Origin: an uncultured Anaerolineaceae bacterium
Lineage (GTDB): Bacteria; Chloroflexota; Anaerolineae; Anaerolineales; UBA4823
Reading direction: 5' to 3'
Length of the DNA stretch: 31,465 nucleotides
NCBI GenBank assembly: GCA_964629965.1
Contig: CAZVRZ010000061.1
Span: 1-31,465 of the forward strand
Shown here: positions 24,176 to 31,465 of the stretch, one piece after another
How the letters are laid out: the number at the start of each line of letters is the position of its first letter
Position numbering within the stretch: the stretch's first letter is position 1
Notes under the pieces: model-generated
Databases searched by the model: none
What the model was told of the DNA's origin: nothing
What the model saw: the letters and a program-made list of their open reading frames with translations, nothing else
Position numbers and translations under genes: made by a program

Positions 24176-26176
24176 ATGGACGGTGTATTGGCAGTTCTCT
24201 TGTTCCTTCTGGTTGGGCTGGTAGGTTTGGCAGTGCTGTTCCTGCTGGCTGGGGTGCGCTTTATCCCCAACAACCGCGTCGGCATTGTTGAAAAGCGTTT
24301 TTCTGGTAAAGGATCGGTAAAGTCGGGCCTGATTGCCCTGAACGGCGAGGCCGGTTACCAGCCAGGTCTACTGCGCGGTGGTCTGCATTTCCTGATCCCG
24401 ATCCAATATGCGGTGCATATTGCCCCATTGGTCACGATCACCCAGGGCAAGATCGGTTATATCTTCGCCCGCGACGGCGCGGCGCTTTCGCCGGACCAGG
24501 TGTTGGCTTCCAATGCACACACCACTGATTTTCAAGATGTGGCTGCCTTCATAAAGGCCGGCGGCCAGCGCGGCCCGCAGCGCCGGCTGCTGCGTGAAGG
24601 TACCTATGCCATCAACCTGGTCCAGTTCGTGGTGATCACGGAGGAAAAGGTTTACAGCCTGCCCCTCAGCCGTGAGGATGATGACATCGTCCGGCGCATG
24701 GCCAGCGTGATTGCAGATCGCGAGGGATTCCGCCCAGTGGTCATTAAGGATGTGGATGATAAGATCGGCATAGTGACGGTACACGATGGCCCTTCGCTGC
24801 CCCAGGGCGAGATCATTGCTCGGATTGTCGGCGATGATCCTTCTACGACGAATGATTATCACAACAACTTCCAGGATCCAGATCGCTTCCTGCATGCCGG
24901 TGGGATGCGCGGCCGCCAGTTGCAAACCCTGGTGGAAGGCACGTATTACATCAATCGCCTGTTTGCCACGGTGGAGATGATCGCCAAGACGATCATCGAG
25001 GTGGGCATGGTGGGCGTGGTGGTTTCCTACACAGGCGAGATCGGCGCAGACCTGTCTGGCTCAGAATATCGCCATGGCGAACTGGTGCAGACGGGCAGAC
25101 GCGGCGTTTGGAGTGAACCACTTCTGCCCGGCAAGTATGCCTTCAATACCTATGCAGGTAAGGTGGTGCAGGTCCCAACCACCAATGTCATCCTGAAATG
25201 GATCCATGCTGAAGTTGGCTCGCACTATTACGATGAGAACCTGACCGAGGTTTCATTGATCACCAAGGATGCCTTTGAGCCCTCTCTGCCGCTTTCGGTT
25301 GTTATCCATATTGACTACCAGAAGGCTCCGCTGGTGATCCAGCGCTTTGGCGATATCAAACGCCTGGTCGAGCAGACGCTCGACCCGATGGTGGCGGCGT
25401 ACTTCAAGAATGTTGGTCAAACTCGCACGCTGATCCAGCTCTTGCAAGAGCGCAGCGCCATCCAGCAGCAGGCCAGCCAGGAAATGAAGGAAAAGTTTAA
25501 ACACTATAACTTGGAGCTTGAAGAGGTGTTGATTGGTACGCCGACCTCGACCAAGGCTGATCAGCAGATCGAGGCCATCCTGACCCAACTCCGCACGCGC
25601 CAGATCGCGGCCGAACAGGTAGAAACTTACAGCCGGCAGCAGAAAGCTGCAGTGCAAGAACGCGAGCTGCGTGAAGCGGAGGCGCGTGCTCAACAGCAGC
25701 AGTTCATCACCGAATCGGAACTGAGTATTACGGTTCAGAGTAACCAGGGTAAGGCTGAGTACCAGCGTGCTTTGCAGCAGGCTTCGCAGATCCGCGCCCT
25801 GGCCGAGGCTGAAGCGGAAAAGATTGCCCGGATTGGTATTGCCCAGGCAGTCGCTACCGAAGAACAGGTCAAGGCCTATGGCGGACCGCAATATCAGGTC
25901 ACCCAGCAGGTGCTGAACCGCTTTGCCGAAGCCATCCAACAGTCACGTGTCGATGTGGTGCCGCGCGTGGTGGTGGGTGGGCAAGGCGGTGAGGGCAGCT
26001 CTACCAACAGCGTGATGGAAGGGCTGTTAACCCTGCTGCTTTCTGATCGCATGGGTGTACAGATCAACCAGTCAGGCGCCGAGCGCAGTCCTGAAGTGGA
26101 AGAAATGCGCGCCCAGATCCGCGAAAGCTTGAAGAAGAGAGACGAAGGCAGCTCGAGCCCGGCTGTGGCTTCGTAA
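24176..26176 (+). CDS. Flotillin-like SPFH/band-7 family protein (FloT/YqiK-like)
   Basis: AAAGGAG 6 nt upstream of ATG 24176. N-terminal TM helix, then RFIPNNRVGIVEKRF (the SPFH domain start typical of YqiK/flotillin), and a long C-terminal coiled-coil with EA-repeat-rich segments (ALAEAEAEKIARIGIAQA). Confidence 0.8.
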   Translation: MDGVLAVLLFLLVGLVGLAVLFLLAGVRFIPNNRVGIVEKRFSGKGSVKSGLIALNGEAGYQPGLLRGGLHFLIPIQYAVHIAPLVTITQGKIGYIFARDGAALSPDQVLASNAHTTDFQDVAAFIKAGGQRGPQRRLLREGTYAINLVQFVVITEEKVYSLPLSREDDDIVRRMASVIADREGFRPVVIKDVDDKIGIVTVHDGPSLPQGEIIARIVGDDPSTTNDYHNNFQDPDRFLHAGGMRGRQLQTLVEGTYYINRLFATVEMIAKTIIEVGMVGVVVSYTGEIGADLSGSEYRHGELVQTGRRGVWSEPLLPGKYAFNTYAGKVVQVPTTNVILKWIHAEVGSHYYDENLTEVSLITKDAFEPSLPLSVVIHIDYQKAPLVIQRFGDIKRLVEQTLDPMVAAYFKNVGQTRTLIQLLQERSAIQQQASQEMKEKFKHYNLELEEVLIGTPTSTKADQQIEAILTQLRTRQIAAEQVETYSRQQKAAVQERELREAEARAQQQQFITESELSITVQSNQGKAEYQRALQQASQIRALAEAEAEKIARIGIAQAVATEEQVKAYGGPQYQVTQQVLNRFAEAIQQSRVDVVPRVVVGGQGGEGSSTNSVMEGLLTLLLSDRMGVQINQSGAERSPEVEEMRAQIRESLKKRDEGSSSPAVAS

Positions 26177-26194
26177 TTTCTGTCTTGGATAACG

Positions 26195-26234
26195 GAGCTG
26201 TCTGGCGGTGGCTGCCAGACAGCTCTTTGTTTCC
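26195..26234 (+). terminator. Rho-independent terminator: GAGCTGTCTGGC-ggtggct-GCCAGACAGCTC followed by TTTGTTTCC
   Basis: Perfect 12-bp GC-rich stem and a T-tract 19 nt after the flotillin stop, read directly. Confidence 0.8.
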
Positions 26235-26284
26235 TTACGGATCACTGTTTCCGAAAGGATCACTCCTTTGATGGTATAGACCGG

Positions 26285-26314
26285 TTGTAATAATTTCCTG
26301 GTCGGTACTATAAT
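26285..26314 (+). promoter_or_regulatory. sigma70-like promoter for the alpha/beta hydrolase gene: -35 TTGTAA, 18-bp spacer, -10 TATAAT
   Basis: Consensus -10 hexamer read directly. ~70 bp upstream of ATG 26383. Confidence 0.4.
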
Positions 26315-26382
26315 TTTTCAATGCATCCGAAAAACAGCTTGCAAGATTTCACCCATTTACAGAACAAAATACGGAGATCCAT

Positions 26383-27642
26383 ATGACTTTGAAAGGAACA
26401 TCGAACTTTACAAAGAAGAGCTTATCTATCTTGGGGCGTTCACTGGCGTTCTTGATGGGCTTTTTGTTATGTTTGCCGGTGATCCTGCTTCCCCTTTCCA
26501 CTGCTGTTCCGGCATGGATTTGGATTCCATTGGCGCTCATCAGTGCTGCTCTGATCATACTGCAGTTCCGGTTGACTCCAGCCTGGCGTGGAATCGCAGT
26601 AAGCCTGACCGGACTGATCCTGGTGAGCCTGCTCGCGGTGATCTTTTCGCAAACATTTGCCGCTACGCCTGCTATCCTGGATGCAGACGGCAAACCAATC
26701 CCTGGTTCCATCGCGACGCTGGAAAAGGTAACCCTGAATGGAACGGAGCAATGGATCACCATTCGCGGCCGAGATATCACCAAACCGATCCTGCTTCATC
26801 TTGGCATGGGCGGGCCGGGCGGCGGCGGGTTTTCTACGCGCACGCTTTTCGAACCGCTGGAAGAACATTTCGTGGTGGTGAGTTGGGATGAGCCCGGTAC
26901 GGGAAAGTCGTACAATGCGGTTCCCATCTCAGGCCTTACCCCACAAAGGTTCGTTGAAGACGCCCACGCCCTGACGTTGTACCTGCAGGAACGCTTTCAC
27001 CAGGACAAAATTTACGTGTATGGCGTCTCCTGGACGAGCATTCTGGGTATCTGGTTGGTGCAGCAATATCCAGAGTCCTATTATGCCTATGTTGGCAACG
27101 GGCAAATGGTGAATACCACCGAGAATGACATCATGGGTTATGAACTAGCGCTGCAGTACTCGCTTGAACGCGGCGATACCAAAACGGTAGAAGCCCTGCG
27201 CCACAACGGCCCTCCGCCTTACGGTGGAGAAGACTTGCTCAGTAATTATGTACTCTATTTGGATATCTTGAACGAAATTATGCAATCGCCGCACTATACT
27301 CTGGTCGTGCCGATCATTCCTTTCCTGGCGCCGGAGTATGGATTGGTGGACAAGATCAATCACACGCGCGGGCTGGTGGCATCATTCGAGGTCGTGTACC
27401 CGCAGTTAAGCAACCTCGATTTCAGGACCCAGGCTGCCAGGCTCGAAGTGCCCGTCTATATCTTTGCCGGACGGGACGATGTGAATGCCATGTCGTCACT
27501 GGTCCAGGAGTATTACAACCTCCTTGAGGCACCCCATAAGGAGCTCGTCTGGCTGAATGGCGGGCATGGCTTGGGCAGTGCCAACCTGGGCCAGTTCGTG
27601 GATGTGATGCTTAACAACGTGTTGGCGCAAACTCAGCCCTGA
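26383..27642 (+). CDS. Membrane-anchored alpha/beta hydrolase (proline-iminopeptidase / S33-like)
   Basis: GGAG RBS. Three N-terminal TM helices, then HLGMGGPGGGG (an HGGPG-type oxyanion loop) and a GVSWT nucleophile elbow. 419 aa. Confidence 0.65.
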   Translation: MTLKGTSNFTKKSLSILGRSLAFLMGFLLCLPVILLPLSTAVPAWIWIPLALISAALIILQFRLTPAWRGIAVSLTGLILVSLLAVIFSQTFAATPAILDADGKPIPGSIATLEKVTLNGTEQWITIRGRDITKPILLHLGMGGPGGGGFSTRTLFEPLEEHFVVVSWDEPGTGKSYNAVPISGLTPQRFVEDAHALTLYLQERFHQDKIYVYGVSWTSILGIWLVQQYPESYYAYVGNGQMVNTTENDIMGYELALQYSLERGDTKTVEALRHNGPPPYGGEDLLSNYVLYLDILNEIMQSPHYTLVVPIIPFLAPEYGLVDKINHTRGLVASFEVVYPQLSNLDFRTQAARLEVPVYIFAGRDDVNAMSSLVQEYYNLLEAPHKELVWLNGGHGLGSANLGQFVDVMLNNVLAQTQP

Positions 27643-27925
27643 TGTGCCCGGCGGCCGCGCCCAAATGGGGAAAATGAGGGCTGGGTGCCAGCACTGAGAT
27701 AGCGCAGTAAGTCGACTTGCATTTTTACCCCTTTTGGATCCCAAAAGGCATCCCGAGCCGCATATTCACATGCCATTAGTGCAGAATTTGCCGTTTATTG
27801 CCTCGTTTTCAGACAAGTTTATTTTAGGCAAACTCGTTCAACCCATTTCTCTGGATTGACCTCCGCTGTGCATCCCCTTTCCTTCTACTATTGGACTTAC
27901 TGCGGAATCCCGCACTAAGAATGAT

Positions 27926-27954
27926 TTGACAAATTCTCCAAAAGCGTTTACAGT
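27926..27954 (+). promoter_or_regulatory. Candidate sigma70 promoter (TTGACA-N17-TACAGT) for the hypothetical-folP pair
   Basis: Consensus -35 and an acceptable -10, ~75 bp upstream of ATG 28030. Immediately followed by the 17-bp motif copy. Confidence 0.35.
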
Positions 27955-27963
27955 ACACAGACG

Positions 27964-27996
27964 GTACAGAGCAGCGTGACGAATAGAGCGTTGTGA
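27964..27996 (+). repeat. ~1.4 copies of the 17-bp direct-repeat motif (…ACAGAGC AGCGTGACGAATAGAGC GTTGTGACC), related to the tandem array at 29467-29522
   Basis: 16 of 17 nt identical to unit 3 of the downstream array. Positioned between the candidate -10 and the RBS of the 28030 gene. Confidence 0.6.
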
Positions 27997-28029
27997 CCTC
28001 AAAATCCCTAATTTTCAAGGAGTGTGTCT

Positions 28030-28452
28030 ATGTCCGATATTGAGATCAAGCCGTTGAATTGGAAACCCGAGCCGGGGATCGGATATACTGTGGAACGCAG
28101 ATCGGATGGTGGAATGAATGTGGTCTTCACAGATTCGTTATCCCAAACGATTGCCCATTGGCGGCAATTTTCACTGGAACACTTGTATGATTCGGATCGC
28201 CTGACGCGCAACCTGTATGATTTACGCCAGATCGAAGATGTCTCCGAAGATGCCCTGCGATTTGCGATGGAAGTCAACACCGATCCTTCTGTGCGCAATA
28301 TCCGCCTGGCGGTAGTGGTTTCTAGCCCTAAAGTGCGGCAGTCGCTGGTCAAGCTTGCTGACCTGACTGCCCCGGGCGGCGTAGATATGGCGCTTTTCTC
28401 CAGTATCGATGAGGCGGAAGCCTGGTTGAACCGCCCGCTGACCTTGGTATAG
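28030..28452 (+). CDS. Hypothetical protein (141 aa)
   Basis: AAGGAG 7 nt upstream of ATG 28030. Coding-like composition. No recognisable motif. Confidence 0.5.
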   Translation: MSDIEIKPLNWKPEPGIGYTVERRSDGGMNVVFTDSLSQTIAHWRQFSLEHLYDSDRLTRNLYDLRQIEDVSEDALRFAMEVNTDPSVRNIRLAVVVSSPKVRQSLVKLADLTAPGGVDMALFSSIDEAEAWLNRPLTLV

Positions 28453-28505
28453 AGAGGCGGGCGACATAGATCGTCGCTCAACCAAGATCCGATAGGGATA
28501 TTTCT

Positions 28506-29429
28506 TTGAATTCTGTGTTAAAGATCGGCCCCCATTTGCTTGAATGGGGCCGCCGCACGTATGTGATGGGTATTTTGAACCTCACCCCAGACAGTTTCTC
28601 GGGAGACGGTCTTCTGTCTACGCCGGCGGGGGAGGGGGATGGATTGGAGCGCGCCCTGGAACAGGCGCGGCGTTTTGTGGCTGAGGGGGCTCACATCCTG
28701 GATGTGGGAGGAGAGAGCACCCGTCCCGGTGCACAGCCTGTATCGGCTCAAGAGGAAATAGAACGGGTGATCCCGGTCATTCGCCTGCTGGCGGTGGAGT
28801 TGAATACCTTGATTTCGGTTGACACGTACCGGGCAGAGGTTGCAGAGGCTGCCCTGCAAGCAGGCGCCCATATCGTGAACGATGTGTGGGGGCTGAAGGC
28901 AGATCCGGCGCTGGCGCAGGTGGCTGCCGATCACCAGGCGCTGGTTATCTTGATGCATAATCGCAGCTCGTGGGCGCATGCTGAGATCAAAGAGCGCCTG
29001 GGGGGGCGGTATGTGGGCATCCCTTACGAGAACTTGCTCGAAGATGTGCGCCGCGAGCTGTTGGAAAACGTGGCCCTGGCAAGGGCTGTCGGTATCCCTG
29101 ATGAGCATATCGTGCTCGATCCGGGCATCGGTTTTGGAAAATCTGTCGAGCAGAACCTGGAATTGATCGACCGGCTGGGAGAAATTCGGGCTTTGGGCTA
29201 CCCGGTCTTGTTAGGTCCTTCCCGAAAGTCTTTTATCGGCTACACCTTGGATCTTCCCCCCGACCAGCGCCTGGAAGGCACGGCTGCAGCCGTTGCGGTG
29301 GGCATTGCCCGGGGCGCAGATATCGTTCGGGTGCATGATGTGGCTGCCATGGCGCGCGTCGCTCGCATGAGCGATGCCATTGTGCGCAGACCGATTTGCC
29401 AAAACCGAGAAGAGAGCGCGAATAAATGA
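28506..29429 (+). CDS. folP: Dihydropteroate synthase
   Basis: VMGILNLTPDSFSGDG and DVGGESTRPGA pterin-binding motifs, and C-terminal ...RVHDV. The start (TTG 28506 or GTG 28515) is uncertain. Confidence 0.85.
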   Translation: MNSVLKIGPHLLEWGRRTYVMGILNLTPDSFSGDGLLSTPAGEGDGLERALEQARRFVAEGAHILDVGGESTRPGAQPVSAQEEIERVIPVIRLLAVELNTLISVDTYRAEVAEAALQAGAHIVNDVWGLKADPALAQVAADHQALVILMHNRSSWAHAEIKERLGGRYVGIPYENLLEDVRRELLENVALARAVGIPDEHIVLDPGIGFGKSVEQNLELIDRLGEIRALGYPVLLGPSRKSFIGYTLDLPPDQRLEGTAAAVAVGIARGADIVRVHDVAAMARVARMSDAIVRRPICQNREESANK

Positions 29430-29466
29430 GCGAGAAGAGTCGAAGCAGCGGCTTGAAATACCAAAG

Positions 29467-29522
29467 ATCGTGACGAACAGAGCATCGTGGCGATCAGAGC
29501 ATCGTGACGAATAGAGCATCGG
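29467..29522 (+). repeat. Tandem direct repeats, 3.3 x 17 bp (ATCGTGACGAACAGAGC / ATCGTGGCGATCAGAGC / ATCGTGACGAATAGAGC / ATCGG), upstream of acnA
   Basis: Read directly: perfect 17-bp periodicity with 2-3 substitutions per unit. Confidence 0.85.
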
Positions 29523-29582
29523 AGAAGCGAACCACGAAAGTGATCCGCGCAACTTAAGAGATGAACAAAGGATGAAATAAGC

Positions 29583-31465
29583 ATGGCACAAGATCTATTC
29601 AACGTAATCGATACGTTACGCACTTCTCACCACACCTATACATATTTCCGGCTGGAGCACCTGGAGCGAGATGGCCTGACCCGGCTCAGCCGTTTGCCTT
29701 TTTCGATCCGAATCTTATTGGAAACGCTGGTGCGCCAGTGCAACCAGGGCGAGATCACCCGCCAGGATGTGATCAACCTGGCCCAATGGCAGCCTGTGGC
29801 TGCCCAGCGCGTCTCCATGCCCTTCCGCCCAGCGCGGGTGGTGATGCAGGATTTCTCCGGCGTTCCGGCAGTGGTGGACCTGGCCGCGATGCGTTCTGCC
29901 ATGGCGCGCCTGGGCGGCGACCCGCGCAAGATCAATCCGCTGGTGCCGGTGGATCTGATGATCGACCATTCGGTGCAGGTGGATTTTTTCGCTAATACCG
30001 ATGCGCTGAACCGCAATACCGAGCTGGAGTTCCAGCGCAACCGCGAGCGTTATGAGTTCTTGCGCTGGGGGCAAAAGGTTTTCGATAATTTCCGCGTGGT
30101 TCCCCCGGCAACAGGCATCATCCACCAGGTGAACCTGGAATACCTGGCGCAGGTGGTGTGTGTCGAGGGCGATCCAGATCAGCGCGGCGTAGCCTTCCCT
30201 GATACGGTGGTGGGCACCGATTCGCATACCACCATGATCAACAGCCTGGGGGTGGTTGGCTGGGGTGTGGGCGGGATCGAGGCGGAAGCGGTCATGCTGG
30301 GACAACCGATGGATATGCTCATTCCAGATGTTATTGGCGTCAAGCTGCATGGGCGCATGCCGGAGGGTGTCACCGCCACCGACCTGACCCTGACGATCAC
30401 CCAGATGCTGCGCAAGAAGGGCGTGGTAGATAAGTTTGTGGAATATTACGGTCCCGGGTTGGCTTCCATCTCTTTGCCCGACCGCTCTACGATTGCCAAC
30501 ATGGCGCCCGAATACGGCGCCACCATGGGCTTCTTCCCGGTCGATGATGAAACGCTGCGTTATTTGCGTTTGAGCGGGCGTTCTGATGAACTGGTGGAAT
30601 TGATCGAGGTCTATTGCAAGGCGCAGGGTGTGTTCCGCACGGATGAAACACCCGATCCGGAGTTCACCGATACGCTGGAACTGGACCTGGGCTCGATCGA
30701 GCCCAGCCTGGCCGGTCCCAAGCGCCCACAGGATCGCGTCCCGCTGCGTGAAATGAAGCGTAATTTCCAGGCTGCCCTGGTCGGCCCGGTAAAGGAGCGC
30801 GGCTACGGGCTGACAGAAGAAGCCTTGAACAAACAGGGTGTTGTTGGCACAAATGGTTACAGCCTGCCCATCTCACACGGAGCAGTAGTGATTGCTGCCA
30901 TTACTTCTTGTACGAACACTTCCAATCCATCGGTGATGATCGCCGGTGGCCTGCTGGCCAAGAAAGCCGTTGCGAAAGGATTGAAAGTCCAGCCCTATGT
31001 AAAAACCAGCCTGGCGCCCGGTTCGCGGGTGGTGACGGAGTACTTGCAGCAAGCCGGCCTGCTCGAACCGCTGGCTGCCCTGGGCTTCAACGTGGTGGCT
31101 TACGGCTGCACCACCTGTATCGGCAATTCCGGCCCTCTGCCCGGCGATGTGGCCAAGGCCATTGCCGGCGCAGACCTGGTAGCTGCGGCGGTGATCTCGG
31201 GCAACCGCAACTTTGAAGGCCGGGTGCATCCTCATGTGCGCGCCAATTACTTGGCTTCGCCTCCTCTGGTGGTGGCTTATGCCCTGGCGGGCACGGTGAA
31301 CATCGATCTGGTGAATGAACCGCTGGGCAACGATCGGGATGGGCAGCCGGTCTACCTGCGAGACATCTGGCCCTCGCAGCAAGAAGTGCAAGAGGTGATC
31401 CAGGCCTCTGTTCTGCCGCAACAATTCCAGCAGAAATATGCCAACGTGTTCGATAGCAACGAGAT
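29583..31465 (+). CDS. acnA: Aconitate hydratase A (5' partial; continues past the window end)
   Basis: AGGA RBS. Open frame of 627 codons to the end of the window. Aconitase motifs [54 protein letters not shown]. Absent from the ORF track only because no stop falls inside the window. Confidence 0.9.
   Translation, partial: MAQDLFNVIDTLRTSHHTYTYFRLEHLERDGLTRLSRLPFSIRILLETLVRQCNQGEITRQDVINLAQWQPVAAQRVSMPFRPARVVMQDFSGVPAVVDLAAMRSAMARLGGDPRKINPLVPVDLMIDHSVQVDFFANTDALNRNTELEFQRNRERYEFLRWGQKVFDNFRVVPPATGIIHQVNLEYLAQVVCVEGDPDQRGVAFPDTVVGTDSHTTMINSLGVVGWGVGGIEAEAVMLGQPMDMLIPDVIGVKLHGRMPEGVTATDLTLTITQMLRKKGVVDKFVEYYGPGLASISLPDRSTIANMAPEYGATMGFFPVDDETLRYLRLSGRSDELVELIEVYCKAQGVFRTDETPDPEFTDTLELDLGSIEPSLAGPKRPQDRVPLREMKRNFQAALVGPVKERGYGLTEEALNKQGVVGTNGYSLPISHGAVVIAAITSCTNTSNPSVMIAGGLLAKKAVAKGLKVQPYVKTSLAPGSRVVTEYLQQAGLLEPLAALGFNVVAYGCTTCIGNSGPLPGDVAKAIAGADLVAAAVISGNRNFEGRVHPHVRANYLASPPLVVAYALAGTVNIDLVNEPLGNDRDGQPVYLRDIWPSQQEVQEVIQASVLPQQFQQKYANVFDSNE

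Noticed and set aside
24036-24224. 62-aa ORF (MAESYL...) and a nested 22/50-codon ORF (MRKIGQSLEQTAMLAVKLFK...) inside the twin-hairpin repeat, considered as a leader peptide or small protein
   Set aside because: The first 20 codons are conserved between copies only because the DNA copies are 92% identical. The stop position and C-terminus differ completely (22 codons in copy 1; read-through into the flotillin start in copy 2). There is no SD. An RNA or DNA-level element explains the conservation better. Kept as a low-probability alternative.
27730-27748. Perfect palindrome CCTTTTGG-ATC-CCAAAAGG in the 390-bp gap downstream of the alpha/beta hydrolase gene
   Set aside because: An 8-bp stem with a 3-nt loop and no U-tract on either strand. 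It is not convincingly a terminator. It could be a protein-binding site or just an AT-rich hairpin. There is too little context to call it.
1-31465. Looked for CRISPR arrays, tRNA/rRNA genes, transposases or integrases, and toxin-antitoxin or restriction-modification modules
   Set aside because: No regularly spaced repeat-spacer architecture, no cloverleaf-like or rRNA-like segments, and no DDE, tyrosine or serine recombinase or methyltransferase motifs in any frame. The only repeats are the 125-bp pair, the 17-bp iteron-like units and the intragenic 18-bp triplet.

Overview
High-GC (~58-60%) bacterial chromosomal segment, probably Chloroflexota-like. That guess rests on Thr/Pro-rich secreted linkers and a strong + strand coding bias, and is inference only. 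I found no rRNA, tRNA, CRISPR array, transposase or integrase.

**Gene content, in order:**
- A sigma70-like promoter with an overlapping palindromic operator (67-113).
- A coherent nucleobase/nucleoside catabolic locus (178-12584): a COG0402 amidohydrolase (SsnA/8-oxoguanine-deaminase-like), an adenine-deaminase-family amidohydrolase, a GntR/HutC regulator, two paralogous but divergent carbamoyltransferases (one ATCase-like, one OTCase-like with atypical motifs), a carbamate kinase, and a BMP/PnrA-family lipoprotein with a two-domain ABC ATPase and two permeases. I read this as a carbamoyl-phosphate-generating, ATP-yielding route (substrate-level phosphorylation).
- An EEP-family nuclease/phosphatase and a threonine-synthase-like PLP enzyme with an N-terminal zinc ribbon.
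- A GT2 polyprenyl-phosphate glycosyltransferase, a lipoprotein, and a secreted thioredoxin-fold protein.
- An unusually long (487 aa) fold-type-II PLP enzyme and a 1130-aa SWIM-SNF2 helicase with an internal 18-bp x3 tandem repeat.
- A small well-initiated ORF split by one in-frame TAG, and a CrtI-like FAD oxidoreductase on the - strand.
- A flotillin (SPFH) protein, a membrane-anchored alpha/beta hydrolase, a small hypothetical, folP, and the 5' two-thirds of aconitase A running off the window end.

**Non-coding highlights:**
- A ~125-bp element at 7243-7373 and 24016-24143 (~92% identical) built from two consecutive 12-bp-stem/~30-nt-loop hairpins, with one compensatory-type change between the copies.
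- A 17-bp direct-repeat motif (ATCGTGACGAAYAGAGC) that is tandem x3.3 upstream of acnA and x1.4 just downstream of the promoter of the hypothetical-folP pair.

All functional calls come from motif reading of the translations. No database search was possible.
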